Made by a program: the position numbers and the translations under genes. Of a stretch of 55,705 bases of DNA, positions 28,478-37,404 are shown one piece after another; within the stretch, counting starts at the first letter, position 1, and every line of letters starts with the position of its first letter. The notes beneath the pieces were generated by a model. The model searched no databases, was not told the origin of the DNA, and worked only from the letters and a program-made list of their open reading frames with translations. Origin of the DNA: a virus (Duplodnaviria; Caudoviricetes); IMG/VR virus record IMGVR_UViG_3300042862_000096, positions 1 to 55,705 of that record. The stretch is one strand, 5' to 3'.

Positions 28478-28719
28478 TTTCCACCTTTACCCTTCCACCG
28501 AGTTAAGTCGGCAACCGATATTCTATGTTTATCTTTCATGTGGCTTGAGAAAGGAACTGTTGGGTCGAACAATAAACCGACTCCAACTTCCCAAACTACA
28601 ATGAAACCCTCGCAGAAAGGACAGGACATAGATTCCCACCCTTCCCCTACTTCCTTATCGCCAATATACACATCAAGCCTTCTGTGATGAATACATTCGT
28701 TGAGCCACTCGGAAAGCAT
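28471..28719 (-). CDS. Small Zn-finger-like protein
   Basis: CPFC...HM..KH. Confidence 0.5.
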   Translation of the reverse strand: MLSEWLNECIHHRRLDVYIGDKEVGEGWESMSCPFCEGFIVVWEVGVGLLFDPTVPFSSHMKDKHRISVADLTRWKGKGGNW

Positions 28720-29455
28720 AACTTAGTAAGTCTGAAAGGTCTTTGCTTGCTGCTTCGTCTATTGCCAGTAGAGATATGCGCCCAAACCTTTTGGTCATTT
28801 GTCCGATTCTTGCTATCTCTGGACCTGTTAAAACTCTTGATTGGAGTTCCGACACATACCAAGAAGTAAGAGCAATACAACCACCAATATCATTCTCAGA
28901 GTGGAGTATGTCCCATTGCTCTTCAACCAACTTGCTCATGTTCCAAGCATTCACTCCACCTGCTCTTGCTTCACCCAGTTTGAGAGATATGCGCTCTACT
29001 GCATTTTTTGCTGATAGATTTCTTGGAACAAGTACTACCTCCTTAGATATGTCTATATCTAAGGGGTATGGGTTGGGTTGGGTTGGGTTGGGTTGGGGGC
29101 TGAGTTTCTTTTCCGTTTCATTTGAGTTTTGCTTTTCCCTGAATTTACGGAGTCTCTCTTTGGCTTCGTCCCTCTTCTTATTAACCTTTTCCCTTGTTGG
29201 CTGATATTCAGTATAGGAGCGAATAGCAAAACCTTTATCTACCCTTTCCCATAAGTTTTGGTCTTCTAGTTCATCGCTAGGTTTGAACGGATCATCGCCC
29301 ACCCAAGCACTTACGATTTGATATGGAATAACCCCGTCAGTTAATTGCCTATTTGAATAACACAGTCCAGTAATAAATAACCTGAAAGCCTTATCCGATA
29401 AAGCAATTATCTTGGGGTGGTCAGCAAAATTGTCATCAACTCTTACCCACCCCAT
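28673..29455 (-). CDS. Replication initiator / replisome organiser
   Basis: MGWVRVDDNFADHPKI..LS, coiled coil, PxPxP linker. Confidence 0.7.
   Translation of the reverse strand: MGWVRVDDNFADHPKIIALSDKAFRLFITGLCYSNRQLTDGVIPYQIVSAWVGDDPFKPSDELEDQNLWERVDKGFAIRSYTEYQPTREKVNKKRDEAKERLRKFREKQNSNETEKKLSPQPNPTQPNPYPLDIDISKEVVLVPRNLSAKNAVERISLKLGEARAGGVNAWNMSKLVEEQWDILHSENDIGGCIALTSWYVSELQSRVLTGPEIARIGQMTKRFGRISLLAIDEAASKDLSDLLSYAFRVAQRMYSSQKA
29070..29099 (+). repeat. (GGGTT)5GGGGG microsatellite adjacent to a 10-bp perfect inverted repeat (29041-29064)
   Basis: Read directly from the sequence. Confidence 0.9.
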
Positions 29456-29541
29456 AATTTACCTCCGCCTTCTTTATCTTTTAACATATATCCCTTCCTT
29501 GACCTTTCAGTCATCATGTCAGTTTTAATTGGTGCTGTAAA

Positions 29542-30483
29542 TCATTTCTTGACTGTAAGTCGGGCGGATTCTTTGCCGGTCTTGTAGGGGACATTGCCTA
29601 GAAGTTTCTTCACTTCACTTTCATCAACAGTTTTCCTGCCAGCAATAAGACTCCAAATTATCTTAATGCCTTGTGGAGTAATACCATTAACGCCTTCTAG
29701 TGCAGACTTAATAGCATCTTTCTGTTTTTCTAGTTCTGTAATTCGCTCATTGATTTCGATATAATCCTGTGCGGCTAACGCAATTTGTGTATCTTCAATA
29801 ACTGCGCTTTCCGCTTCGGCTTTTGGGCGACCGACACAACCCTTCACACCACTAGCATCATAGAATCCACAATAGTTCTTACAGAATACTGCGTCTTTTT
29901 CTGCTGGTGGCGGTGTTTTAGATTCACGAACTTGGGCAAGCCAAGCAAGTGCTTCTTTGCAGACCTCGGGATCAAATGGTTCGCTGTGATAAACAATATC
30001 TCTTTCGTCTCCGTCTCTCGGAATACCAACAAGAGTTACTGTTTTAACTTGATGTCCACCACGACTAGCAAGATATCCATATAGTTGTACTTGCCAGCGT
30101 TGGGCTTTTGATGGGAAGTAGCGACCTAGATTTGATTTGGTGCTAGTTTTCCAATCTATAACCTCTTGGTTTTCTTTGTCATACATATCTATGTGTCCGA
30201 CTAAATCATCTTCAGGGGAATCGAACTCTTGTTCTAATAAGAACCTTTCCGCAAATGGGTCTTGTTCATAAAAGATTTTCTGTAAATGGGAGTGAATACC
30301 AGTTCCCATAATTGAAGCGAGAGATAGTGTGTTTTGATTAGTTGGCTCTTGGTCGTTTAATTTATACCAGAGTTTTCTAGCACAACCACCTACTTCACTA
30401 GGTCCAACCTTAGTTTGTCTAGACCTAGTAGAGTTCTTGCTTGACTTAGTAATTATGCTGATTAGGTCATCAACTTGGGTCAT
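29542..30483 (-). CDS. PD-(D/E)XK exonuclease (Cas4/RecE-like)
   Basis: GPSE.GGC.R, GT.IH, GHID, DWKT, Q..LY, C..YC...C. Confidence 0.85.
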   Translation of the reverse strand: MTQVDDLISIITKSSKNSTRSRQTKVGPSEVGGCARKLWYKLNDQEPTNQNTLSLASIMGTGIHSHLQKIFYEQDPFAERFLLEQEFDSPEDDLVGHIDMYDKENQEVIDWKTSTKSNLGRYFPSKAQRWQVQLYGYLASRGGHQVKTVTLVGIPRDGDERDIVYHSEPFDPEVCKEALAWLAQVRESKTPPPAEKDAVFCKNYCGFYDASGVKGCVGRPKAEAESAVIEDTQIALAAQDYIEINERITELEKQKDAIKSALEGVNGITPQGIKIIWSLIAGRKTVDESEVKKLLGNVPYKTGKESARLTVKK

Positions 30484-30749
30484 ACATTTACCCCTTCTTT
30501 TTTGGTGGAGTTATATACTTTTTCTAAGTAATCTCTCCAAGCACCAGACAGTTCCGACCATATTCCTTCATCTCTATCCATTTTCTCAACAACTTCTTCC
30601 CATTGCTCATTAGTTATAGAGAAGTCTTCACCTTCATTAAGATTTTCTCTAATGTGTTCTTCCGACTCTTCTTTATAATACAGAGCAACAAAGACCAAGT
30701 CATCATCACTCATGTCTTTAATGATTTCCTTAAGTTCTTTCACTTTCAT
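30480..30749 (-). CDS. Hypothetical protein
   Basis: AAGGGGTAAAA RBS before ATG at 30749. Confidence 0.65.
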   Translation of the reverse strand: MKVKELKEIIKDMSDDDLVFVALYYKEESEEHIRENLNEGEDFSITNEQWEEVVEKMDRDEGIWSELSGAWRDYLEKVYNSTKKEGVNV

Positions 30750-30760
30750 TTTTACCCCTT

Positions 30761-30868
30761 CTAGTCTTCGTAGCACATATCGCACATTGCGATAAGTCCT
30801 TTATTAGTTATTACTTTGTGCGTTGCTTCTTCGCCAGTGTCGCAATTTTCGCATTTAATTCCGTACAT
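30761..30868 (-). CDS. 35-aa Zn-finger peptide (not in ORF track)
   Basis: MYGIKCENCD...MCDMCYED; GAAAGGGTAAAT RBS. Confidence 0.55.
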   Translation of the reverse strand: MYGIKCENCDTGEEATHKVITNKGLIAMCDMCYED

Positions 30869-30881
30869 ATTTACCCTTTCT

Positions 30882-31256
30882 TTAGATATCAAGTGAAGCC
30901 CTAACAGAAGTTCCGATAGAGCGAGCGATATCTACTTGAGTTCTAACTCTTTGCCCATTGCCTCTTGCTGCTTTAACCATAGCGTCTGCAATCTGTAGGG
31001 CATGAAACTCATCAGCGCATTGTAAGAGTGCTGTATCAGCAACATCTTGAACACGCATTTTGGCAAATGAAGTTCCTGTTTCTATTCTTGCTCTTGCTAT
31101 GGATAACTCGAAAGCGGACTTGGCTTTGTGGTAATCCATTTCCGCTTTAGATAGTTCTTCATGCGCTAAGTCAATTTCTTTACTTAGTTCATAAAGTCTG
31201 TTTTCTATTCGTGTTGGTGTTATCGCCATTTCAGATACCTCGCTGACCGCTACCAT
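30882..31256 (-). CDS. Hypothetical coiled-coil protein
   Basis: TP..IE.RL..LS; RSIGTSVR C-terminus. Confidence 0.65.
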   Translation of the reverse strand: MVAVSEVSEMAITPTRIENRLYELSKEIDLAHEELSKAEMDYHKAKSAFELSIARARIETGTSFAKMRVQDVADTALLQCADEFHALQIADAMVKAARGNGQRVRTQVDIARSIGTSVRASLDI

Positions 31257-31726
31257 GATGAGTGATAACTAAAAGATAAGTCATCAATATCGGGTAGGTT
31301 AAGCACTCGGTCAAGTTTAGTAATTGTCTCTTCGATATCAGCCCAGTAATATTCATTGATATCAGTTGAGCCAAAAAAGAAACCTTCAGTTGGCATGAGA
31401 AGACTTGGGTTCTTTTCGTCTATCACTCTGTGGCATAAGTGCCTTAGAGTCTTTAGATTTTCCGCAGAAACATAATAAGTTCCGCAGTCATCTTTTCCGT
31501 CTTGAACATTTTTTACAAACCAGTTATGTATGGCATTTGATTTACGCCAATAAGCGCAAACTACTTCTACCGAAGCCCCATAAATATCTGATGGCACATG
31601 GTCAAGTTCGACCAATGTCATGAGTGTTGTGTACTTAGGATTCACAGCGATTTCTTTTGCTGTTGATTCCTGCCAGTTCACTTTATGAACATGCTTTGAA
31701 GCACTTAGGTACATATCTAGTCCCAT
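31250..31726 (-). CDS. Conserved phage hypothetical protein
   Basis: MGLDMYL, YWRK.NAIH.WF, LPT..GFFFG-like, Y..SW. Confidence 0.75.
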   Translation of the reverse strand: MGLDMYLSASKHVHKVNWQESTAKEIAVNPKYTTLMTLVELDHVPSDIYGASVEVVCAYWRKSNAIHNWFVKNVQDGKDDCGTYYVSAENLKTLRHLCHRVIDEKNPSLLMPTEGFFFGSTDINEYYWADIEETITKLDRVLNLPDIDDLSFSYHSSW

Positions 31727-31894
31727 ATTTATTTACCCCTTCTATCTAATAAGTGACAAACTATGCAAGGATTTTCCCCATAGGTTCTATTGCCACATTT
31801 ACAGTTGTTTATATTTTCTTTAGGTATTTCTATTGGCGCTGTTGGTAATGGGTGGGGATAAGTTAAGAACCACCCATCACGCCAATGGTATTGT

Positions 31895-32467
31895 TTAGAC
31901 ATTGCCAAACAGCATTCCGTTACTGAATTCATTAGCCGTAACCCACACAATACAATCATTTCGATTTTGATTCTTGCGTGTTTTACCTGAATCAACTAAG
32001 AAGTTGTCAAGTACTAATGAACGCCTACTGGCTGAAACAGTTTGATGACTAATCTTCAATACAGTTTCTAATTCATAATCTGTATATCCGTAGCCATTAT
32101 TAGATTTAATTGTGTCATAAACTTTCCTGCGAATACTGCCAGTATTTGGTAATACCTTTTCCGCAGACTTACGACTTGTATTTTGTGCTTTTTTACTTAT
32201 CAGAACTACATTATCACCGACTTCACGGATATATTTACCACTCCGTTGAGCCATAGTTATGTAGTGATTTCTTCTGATAATCTCGGCAACTTCTTTTTGG
32301 GTCTGATGAGGTGCCCACTCATCAGTAGGTTTCAGTGTAGTTATGTCATACGCAACTGGGTGTGCCTCGCAACTGCTTGACTCATAGTCGCATATCCATA
32401 ACATATTGATACTGGGTCTACTGATACGAGTTCTGCACCAGTAGCACCCATCTACCATTAGTTCCAT
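31895..32467 (-). CDS. Hypothetical protein with C-terminal winged-HTH-like domain
   Basis: G.TD.EL...L...HQTVSA.R..LV....DSG..R......VW; GAAGGGTAAG RBS. Confidence 0.65.
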   Translation of the reverse strand: MELMVDGCYWCRTRISRPSINMLWICDYESSSCEAHPVAYDITTLKPTDEWAPHQTQKEVAEIIRRNHYITMAQRSGKYIREVGDNVVLISKKAQNTSRKSAEKVLPNTGSIRRKVYDTIKSNNGYGYTDYELETVLKISHQTVSASRRSLVLDNFLVDSGKTRKNQNRNDCIVWVTANEFSNGMLFGNV

Positions 32468-32469
32468 AC

Positions 32470-33360
32470 TTACCCTTCTACTATTTCTTGTATATGGACC
32501 AACAAATACTCCTTCAATAAAACTTCCTTTGCCCCTGCCCAGCGAGTTTGCTGTAATAGTGGTTTAGGAATAGGAGTACCTAATAACTCTTTATTGTCGT
32601 TCCATAGTTTTTTAAGTTGCTCTTTTGATTCTGCTTTGTCTATATCATTCAACAGAGACAACCATTGTGTTTCTTTTACTGGTTCTTTGGTTTCAGCAAC
32701 TGATACATCTTGTGGCTTATCCATAGAAACAATAGCCAAATCAACTTTCTTTGGCTGTATCTTTTCTTGAACTACTACATCAACTTGGCTCATTTCTTCA
32801 TCAGTATAAATACCTGATAAATCATTAGGGAAAGCCTTACGCAAGGCTAGTGACTCTGCGCATTTAGCCAACATAACATCAGGCATCTTCTTCCATATCG
32901 GATTATTCAATACGGCATAAGATTCCCAACGAGCAACTGCCCAAGTTGGTTCAGCAAAATTAGTGCGATAAACACCAATCTTTGCTGCTACTGGGGCGGT
33001 GTTTGATAACCAAACATCTTCCCAAGTTCCATCTGGACCACACCAATATGGTGCAGTTTGTCCAGCATATTGCCCACTGCGCTGAGCAATAATTCTGAAG
33101 CCATCAATACTGGTTTGAATACCCCATCTTCCGCCACGATTTATCATGTAAATCTGACGAGCGAATGGGTCAAGTCCAGTTCTTTGTGCTTGATGAAAGA
33201 AGAACGCTAAATCACCTGAGTCGGCTTGCGCTAAGCCAAGTGATTTAAGTGCTGCTAGTTGCTGAGGAGACCAGTAGGTCTGCTCATTTGTTATTGCGAG
33301 CGATGTGCTCATTTGTTTCCCCTTCGGTTTCTTGTTCCATTTCTTGCAATACTTTTGCAA
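32470..33360 (-). CDS. bet: Red-beta/RecT-family recombinase (true start probably MSTSL, ~33312)
   Basis: GLDPFARQIY, QTSIDGFR.IA.R.G.Y.GQ, W.KMP..MLAKCAESLALRKAFP..LSGIYT.EEM. Confidence 0.9.
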   Translation of the reverse strand: MQKYCKKWNKKPKGKQMSTSLAITNEQTYWSPQQLAALKSLGLAQADSGDLAFFFHQAQRTGLDPFARQIYMINRGGRWGIQTSIDGFRIIAQRSGQYAGQTAPYWCGPDGTWEDVWLSNTAPVAAKIGVYRTNFAEPTWAVARWESYAVLNNPIWKKMPDVMLAKCAESLALRKAFPNDLSGIYTDEEMSQVDVVVQEKIQPKKVDLAIVSMDKPQDVSVAETKEPVKETQWLSLLNDIDKAESKEQLKKLWNDNKELLGTPIPKPLLQQTRWAGAKEVLLKEYLLVHIQEIVEG

Positions 33361-33573
33361 GTTCTTCCGTAGCGATTTTTTCCATTATATTTAACCAGTC
33401 AGGTCTATTTTTCATTTTGTTGTACCCCCATGACCACAGGACACACAAACAGCGTATGGAAAATCCATAGTGTCGTGAAACTTTTGACTTTGACATTTAT
33501 CATTTCTGCAAATGATTTTATTGCCAACGCCATCGTGAGTGATTGTTCCGTATATCATTACCCTTCCTTTCCG

Positions 33574-34239
33574 TTATTTGTTTGGTATGACTGGACTGCG
33601 TAAATCTTCACGCCACTTTTCAATGGTTGAATATTTCCACAGTGGGGTGCGACCGTATTGCTTATCAGGTTTAGGCATTTGTTTCCTAGACTTGTAAGCA
33701 GAAATAGTCTTAGGTGATACACCTAATAAGTCGGCAACCTGTTTGCTTGTTAGGTAAACGACTCCTGTTTTCAACATACTTGTATCTGCTCCTATTCTTA
33801 TAGTTCCCATAAGAAAGAATCCTTCTTCACTATTTGGCCAGACATAAGGAATATTGTCTGGAACTTCATATTTATAGAAGTCGGGTGCTTTTCTCATAAG
33901 ATTTGATTGGTGAGTTAAGTGAACTAATGAATCTTTCACCCACCATGGTTTTGGTTTATGAGATTCTTGATTTTGGTTCATAAATAACCAAAACTTTTGC
34001 TCAAGGGAATCCTTGAAGCCTCGGCTAATCCACTCACCGCAAATCTCATAACCATAGTTTGCTAGTTGCCATTCATGCCCTTGCCACATCTTTGTAGCAG
34101 GGTGATTTGTCCAGCCATTTGATTTACCAGTTAAAGAGTTAAGGATTTGATATGCCTCAACTCTTTGCTTGCCCAGTCGCTTATTATCAAGCGACTGAGC
34201 AACAACAGCATATTTAGAAGCCGTCATAAAGGTTTGCAC
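33574..34239 (-). CDS. Pyrimidine-dimer DNA glycosylase-like domain fused to C-terminal HTH
   Basis: MQTF..., LD.KRLGKQRVEA.QI, HPA..MW.G, H..HQSNL.RK.P..Y; then YLT..QVA.LLGVS..TI..Y....MP.P...GR..LW. Confidence 0.8.
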   Translation of the reverse strand: MQTFMTASKYAVVAQSLDNKRLGKQRVEAYQILNSLTGKSNGWTNHPATKMWQGHEWQLANYGYEICGEWISRGFKDSLEQKFWLFMNQNQESHKPKPWWVKDSLVHLTHQSNLMRKAPDFYKYEVPDNIPYVWPNSEEGFFLMGTIRIGADTSMLKTGVVYLTSKQVADLLGVSPKTISAYKSRKQMPKPDKQYGRTPLWKYSTIEKWREDLRSPVIPNK

Positions 34240-34476
34240 TTAGTATCTCCAGTCATATCCGCAAGTGTTGGTTTCAATGTCACATTCCCACCAAAGACCA
34301 GACACAAAGAACACAAACAGACCGATACCTAGTCCAATAAGAACACTTACTACTATCCGACCTCTTCGGGTTAATAGAGTTTTGCGTCCTTCTTGGATTT
34401 CAAGTGCTTGTAAGCGTAGTGATAGCAGAGTCCCAATGATTCCACTAAGCACGAAAACCGCAATCATGTAAAACAT
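34240..34476 (-). CDS. Two-TM membrane protein
   Basis: Two hydrophobic segments with LTRRGRIV; GAAGGGTAT RBS. Confidence 0.65.
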   Translation of the reverse strand: MFYMIAVFVLSGIIGTLLSLRLQALEIQEGRKTLLTRRGRIVVSVLIGLGIGLFVFFVSGLWWECDIETNTCGYDWRY

Positions 34477-34517
34477 AGATACCCTTCTTTCTTTTCAGTA
34501 GTAATTCGTCTGCGATA

Positions 34518-34528
34518 GACAGCCGAAT
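34518..34528 (-). promoter_or_regulatory. ATTCGGCTGTC motif copy (others at 38800-38810 and 40523-40533)
   Basis: Three identical intergenic 11-mers in the same orientation. Confidence 0.6.
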
Positions 34529-34529
34529 T

Positions 34530-34703
34530 TTATTTTCTTGGAAATCGCACCTTGAATCCTGTTGGATCCATGCTTGCGAAGTGTTCATTTACCATGTCTT
34601 GTAGCAGAGATACTGTTTCTGCTTTCGCTTCTTTTGCTTTTACTTTTTCCAGTTGTGACTTGGGAGTTGGAACCTCAACTGTTACATAGAAACGAGCCTT
34701 CAT
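34530..34703 (-). CDS. 57-aa hypothetical protein (not in ORF track)
   Basis: MKARFYVTVEVPTPK...; GAAAGGAAA RBS. Confidence 0.6.
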   Translation of the reverse strand: MKARFYVTVEVPTPKSQLEKVKAKEAKAETVSLLQDMVNEHFASMDPTGFKVRFPRK

Positions 34704-34821
34704 GATTTTCCTTTCGATTTATCTTGGGGATTTTCCGCCAAGACTTGTGTTCATCTTACAGCCTGAGCCTACTTTGCCCATTCATTTATACCGAGCGTTT
34801 TGCCTCTTCAAATGAAGGACT

Positions 34822-34903
34822 TATACGACCTATAGAGCCTTCATAAGATTAAGCCCAAGGATTACCCTGAACTTAATTATCTGAAGACTCTAATAGGCGT
34901 ATA
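34822..34903 (-). other. 82-nt long imperfect RNA hairpin
   Basis: TATACG/CGTATA, CCTAT/ATAGG, AGAG/CTCT, CTTCA/TGAAG, ATTAAG/CTTAAT; G-U pairs form only on the minus strand. Confidence 0.75.
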
Positions 34904-34923
34904 GGAGTTTTTTTATTTACAGG

Positions 34924-35913
34924 CTACGCAGTTAGCAAAGATTGCGCTTTATCTTTGAACTTTTCAGTACCGCCTAGAATTATTCTTTCGGCACGAAGTT
35001 CATCTTTGCCTTCTTTACTTCTTACTGGCTTAGCCCAATCTGACCACTCTACAACAGCGTTGTAAGCAGCCCACTTTGTGCCAGCAATATTGCTTTGCGT
35101 TGGTGCTTTCCACAAAGCAAATAGTTCATTTCGCTTTTGCTCAAATGAGTTCTCAGCCCTCTTGGTTAATTCACCCTTTGGCTCAGGCACTAGAACTTCA
35201 ATGAACTTCTTGTATTGCGTATCTGTGAACTTCTCAGATAGCAACTGCTCAACCTCTTGCTGAAAAGCCTCTTGGTATTTGAACACTATACCTAGAGTCT
35301 CTCTTGCGTGTTGAACTTTGGCAGTAGCACCAGAAGTATGCTTCAGAGATATCTTAGACTTTGCAGAAGCAAGTGCTAAGCGAACTGTGTTTGTGCATAC
35401 TGCTCTGATAGGTGTTACGGCAACAGTGAAGGAAGATGAACCATCGTGGCTATTAACAGCCATAATATAGTTATCTACTACATCTGCCCCATTGGCTAAC
35501 TTCATAGAGTCAGGGAACTTCATAGTCATGAAAACACGACCACCCTTCTTCAATGAACCAGCAGTTTCGAATCTAGCACCCGACTCATCAGCAATAAGGT
35601 TTAAGAAATCAAACGCCTCACTGTTTTGAATTGGTGTATATCGATTACCAACTACACCCAACGCAGCCATTCCTGACTTTGGGTGATTACGATAAGTAAG
35701 AAACTTATCTTGTAGTGTGATTGTTTTACCATCAACAACTGTGCTGATAGGTTCTTCACTTACTTTTACTGGCCACTCTAACTGCGCAGTTTTAAGTGCG
35801 TCTTGTGCAGTTAAGGCATTCGGTGTAATTTCACCGAGTTTATGCCAAGCGACTTCTCGATTAGAGAAGAACGCACTAGTGCCATCAGCAAATTGCTCTA
35901 TTTCATGAGCCAT
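34924..35913 (-). CDS. DUF932/DUF945-family protein
   Basis: MAHEIE, AWH.LG, LGVVG.RY..IQN.EAF, FETAGSL..G..VF, NSHDG, RAVC.NT, HTS. Confidence 0.85.
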   Translation of the reverse strand: MAHEIEQFADGTSAFFSNREVAWHKLGEITPNALTAQDALKTAQLEWPVKVSEEPISTVVDGKTITLQDKFLTYRNHPKSGMAALGVVGNRYTPIQNSEAFDFLNLIADESGARFETAGSLKKGGRVFMTMKFPDSMKLANGADVVDNYIMAVNSHDGSSSFTVAVTPIRAVCTNTVRLALASAKSKISLKHTSGATAKVQHARETLGIVFKYQEAFQQEVEQLLSEKFTDTQYKKFIEVLVPEPKGELTKRAENSFEQKRNELFALWKAPTQSNIAGTKWAAYNAVVEWSDWAKPVRSKEGKDELRAERIILGGTEKFKDKAQSLLTA

Positions 35914-35941
35914 TTACTTTACCCTTTCTTCTTTTCTGACG

Positions 35942-35996
35942 AGGCTCGTCAGTAGTGGCAATTACCACTAGACCCTACTTTCGTAGGGTTTCGCCT
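35942..35996 (-). ncRNA. Type II hammerhead ribozyme HH5 (cleavage between 35971 and 35970)
   Basis: AGGC GAAA CCCUAC GAAA GUAGGG UC/ UAGUGG UAAUUG CCACUA CUGACGA GCCU: full core, three closed stems. Confidence 0.95.
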
Positions 35997-36190
35997 TAAT
36001 TAACTTCAACCCATTCCATGGCAACACGAAGTAAATTATCGTAGTCGCCAGACATTGAAGCATTGCTGTATTCATCTATCTGTTCTTTTGTTGCTCCTGC
36101 TCTTCTGAGAGCAGACCTAACTGATCCCATTATCGCGAAAGCATTTCCGTCATTTCCTGTAAGTTGAACTGTTGTATTGAACTTAGGCAT
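35996..36190 (-). CDS. Conserved small phage protein
   Basis: V.L.G.DGNAFAIMG.V..AL..AG...SGDYDNLL; GAAAGGGTAAAT RBS. Confidence 0.8.
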   Translation of the reverse strand: MPKFNTTVQLTGNDGNAFAIMGSVRSALRRAGATKEQIDEYSNASMSGDYDNLLRVAMEWVEVN

Positions 36191-36212
36191 ATTTACCCTT
36201 TCTTTGTTCTGA

Positions 36213-36277
36213 AGAACTCATCAGCGTAGTCATTTAACTACGGACGCCCAACCGAAACCGACTGGGCGTTTCGTTCT
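36213..36277 (-). ncRNA. Type II hammerhead ribozyme HH4 (cleavage between 36243 and 36242)
   Basis: AGAAC GAAA CGCCCA GUCGGUUUCGGU UGGGCG UC/ CGUAGU UAAAUG ACUACG CUGAUGA GUUCU. Confidence 0.95.
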
Positions 36278-36545
36278 ATCTTTTTTGTTTGAGATGCTCT
36301 TCAACCATTTCTTTCATTTGTATTTTAGTGGCTGAGTTATTAAGTTCCTTAGCCATTTCTATACATAGTTTGTATGAATCAGAAACGAAAACAGGTCTAG
36401 TTGGAACACCTGCGTTCATAAACTTCTGAAACATTTTCCAGTCAATAACAAAAGACTGACCTGAACTTATCCAGTCTTTTCTTACACAAGCATCGCCGTA
36501 GTATCCACCGGACTGGCATGCGATAAATGAGTTTGTATTAGACAT
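36276..36545 (-). CDS. Hypothetical early protein
   Basis: ORF in early operon; its stop codon overlaps HH4 stem II. Confidence 0.65.
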   Translation of the reverse strand: MSNTNSFIACQSGGYYGDACVRKDWISSGQSFVIDWKMFQKFMNAGVPTRPVFVSDSYKLCIEMAKELNNSATKIQMKEMVEEHLKQKR

Positions 36546-36858
36546 GTTGATTTACCTTTCCGTGGGCGTTCCACCAAGTCTTGGCGAAGTCCAATGTTCT
36601 TTCATTGAACTGGTAGCACCACTTCTGCGTATGTGTATGATGGCAACTTCTATCTTGGTTACCTGAGTAGATAATTACTTTGCCACCATATTTATTTATT
36701 TCCATCATTATGTTTTCAGCAGGGATACCCCAGTCAAGTAGGTTGCCTACCCACTCTCTTACTCTGTCTTGTCTACAAGGTAAGCAAGGGCACTTGTGTT
36801 CTGTTTGGTGAGTTGCAACTTTAACTGTCATAAGTTCTGCTGCTGAACCTCTTTTCAT
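36538..36858 (-). CDS. Hypothetical early protein (Cys/His-rich)
   Basis: CPCLPC; translationally coupled ORF. Confidence 0.65.
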   Translation of the reverse strand: MKRGSAAELMTVKVATHQTEHKCPCLPCRQDRVREWVGNLLDWGIPAENIMMEINKYGGKVIIYSGNQDRSCHHTHTQKWCYQFNERTLDFAKTWWNAHGKVNQHV

Positions 36859-37064
36859 TATTTCCTCACCTTCAGTATTGCGTAAGAGCCACCCTTATTT
36901 AACTCTTCAAGAATTGGCTCTAGTTTTGGAACTAGTAAATCACGGACCATTTGACTTAGCAGTGAGTGCCTTAATTCAATTGGCAGTGCTAGTATCCTTT
37001 GACATGTTATATGTTTGTCGTCTAGTATCATTTCTAGTTTGATGCTGTGCTCTATTGTTGTCAT
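36858..37064 (-). CDS. Hypothetical early protein
   Basis: GAAAGGGTAAATAA RBS. Confidence 0.65.
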   Translation of the reverse strand: MTTIEHSIKLEMILDDKHITCQRILALPIELRHSLLSQMVRDLLVPKLEPILEELNKGGSYAILKVRK

Positions 37065-37080
37065 TTATTTACCCTTTCAG

Positions 37081-37215
37081 TTAGTCACTCATTGATTCGT
37101 CATACATGCGGTCAGGATCTTCCTCACCGCATTTACATTCTTGTTCATCGCAATCAGCACAAGAATATAAACTTAGTGCTGCTGGGTCACCATGAAGCCA
37201 TTGTGGTTCAGACAT
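37081..37215 (-). CDS. 44-aa Cys-rich peptide (not in ORF track)
   Basis: MSEPQWLHGDPAAL..CADC..ECKC..DPDRMYDE. Confidence 0.6.
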   Translation of the reverse strand: MSEPQWLHGDPAALSLYSCADCDEQECKCGEEDPDRMYDESMSD

Positions 37216-37381
37216 TAGGCTTCACCTCGTCACTTACATATCCTTCTGCTAATAGTCCATCTAGTAAATCGTGAACCATTAACAAGCCCTTTTGAACTTC
37301 TGAGCCATCTTTGAAATAACGGAGAGAAGTGTTTATTGCTCCCCCCATTTTTTGTATATCTTCATACTTATATCCAAGCAT
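37208..37381 (-). CDS. 57-aa hypothetical protein (not in ORF track)
   Basis: MLGYKYEDIQKM...DLLDGLLAEG. Confidence 0.6.
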   Translation of the reverse strand: MLGYKYEDIQKMGGAINTSLRYFKDGSEVQKGLLMVHDLLDGLLAEGYVSDEVKPNV

Positions 37382-37404
37382 TATCTTTCTCCCGTCTATT
37401 GAAG

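Noticed and set aside
29542-30483. Cas4 as a CRISPR component
   Set aside because: No array or other cas genes; it sits with the Bet recombinase as a phage exonuclease
35583-35592. Additional CTGATGA heptamers on the minus strand (also ~32320, ~37801 and others)
   Set aside because: Lie inside coding sequence without the flanking stem I or GAAA-stem III; a manual scan may still miss variants
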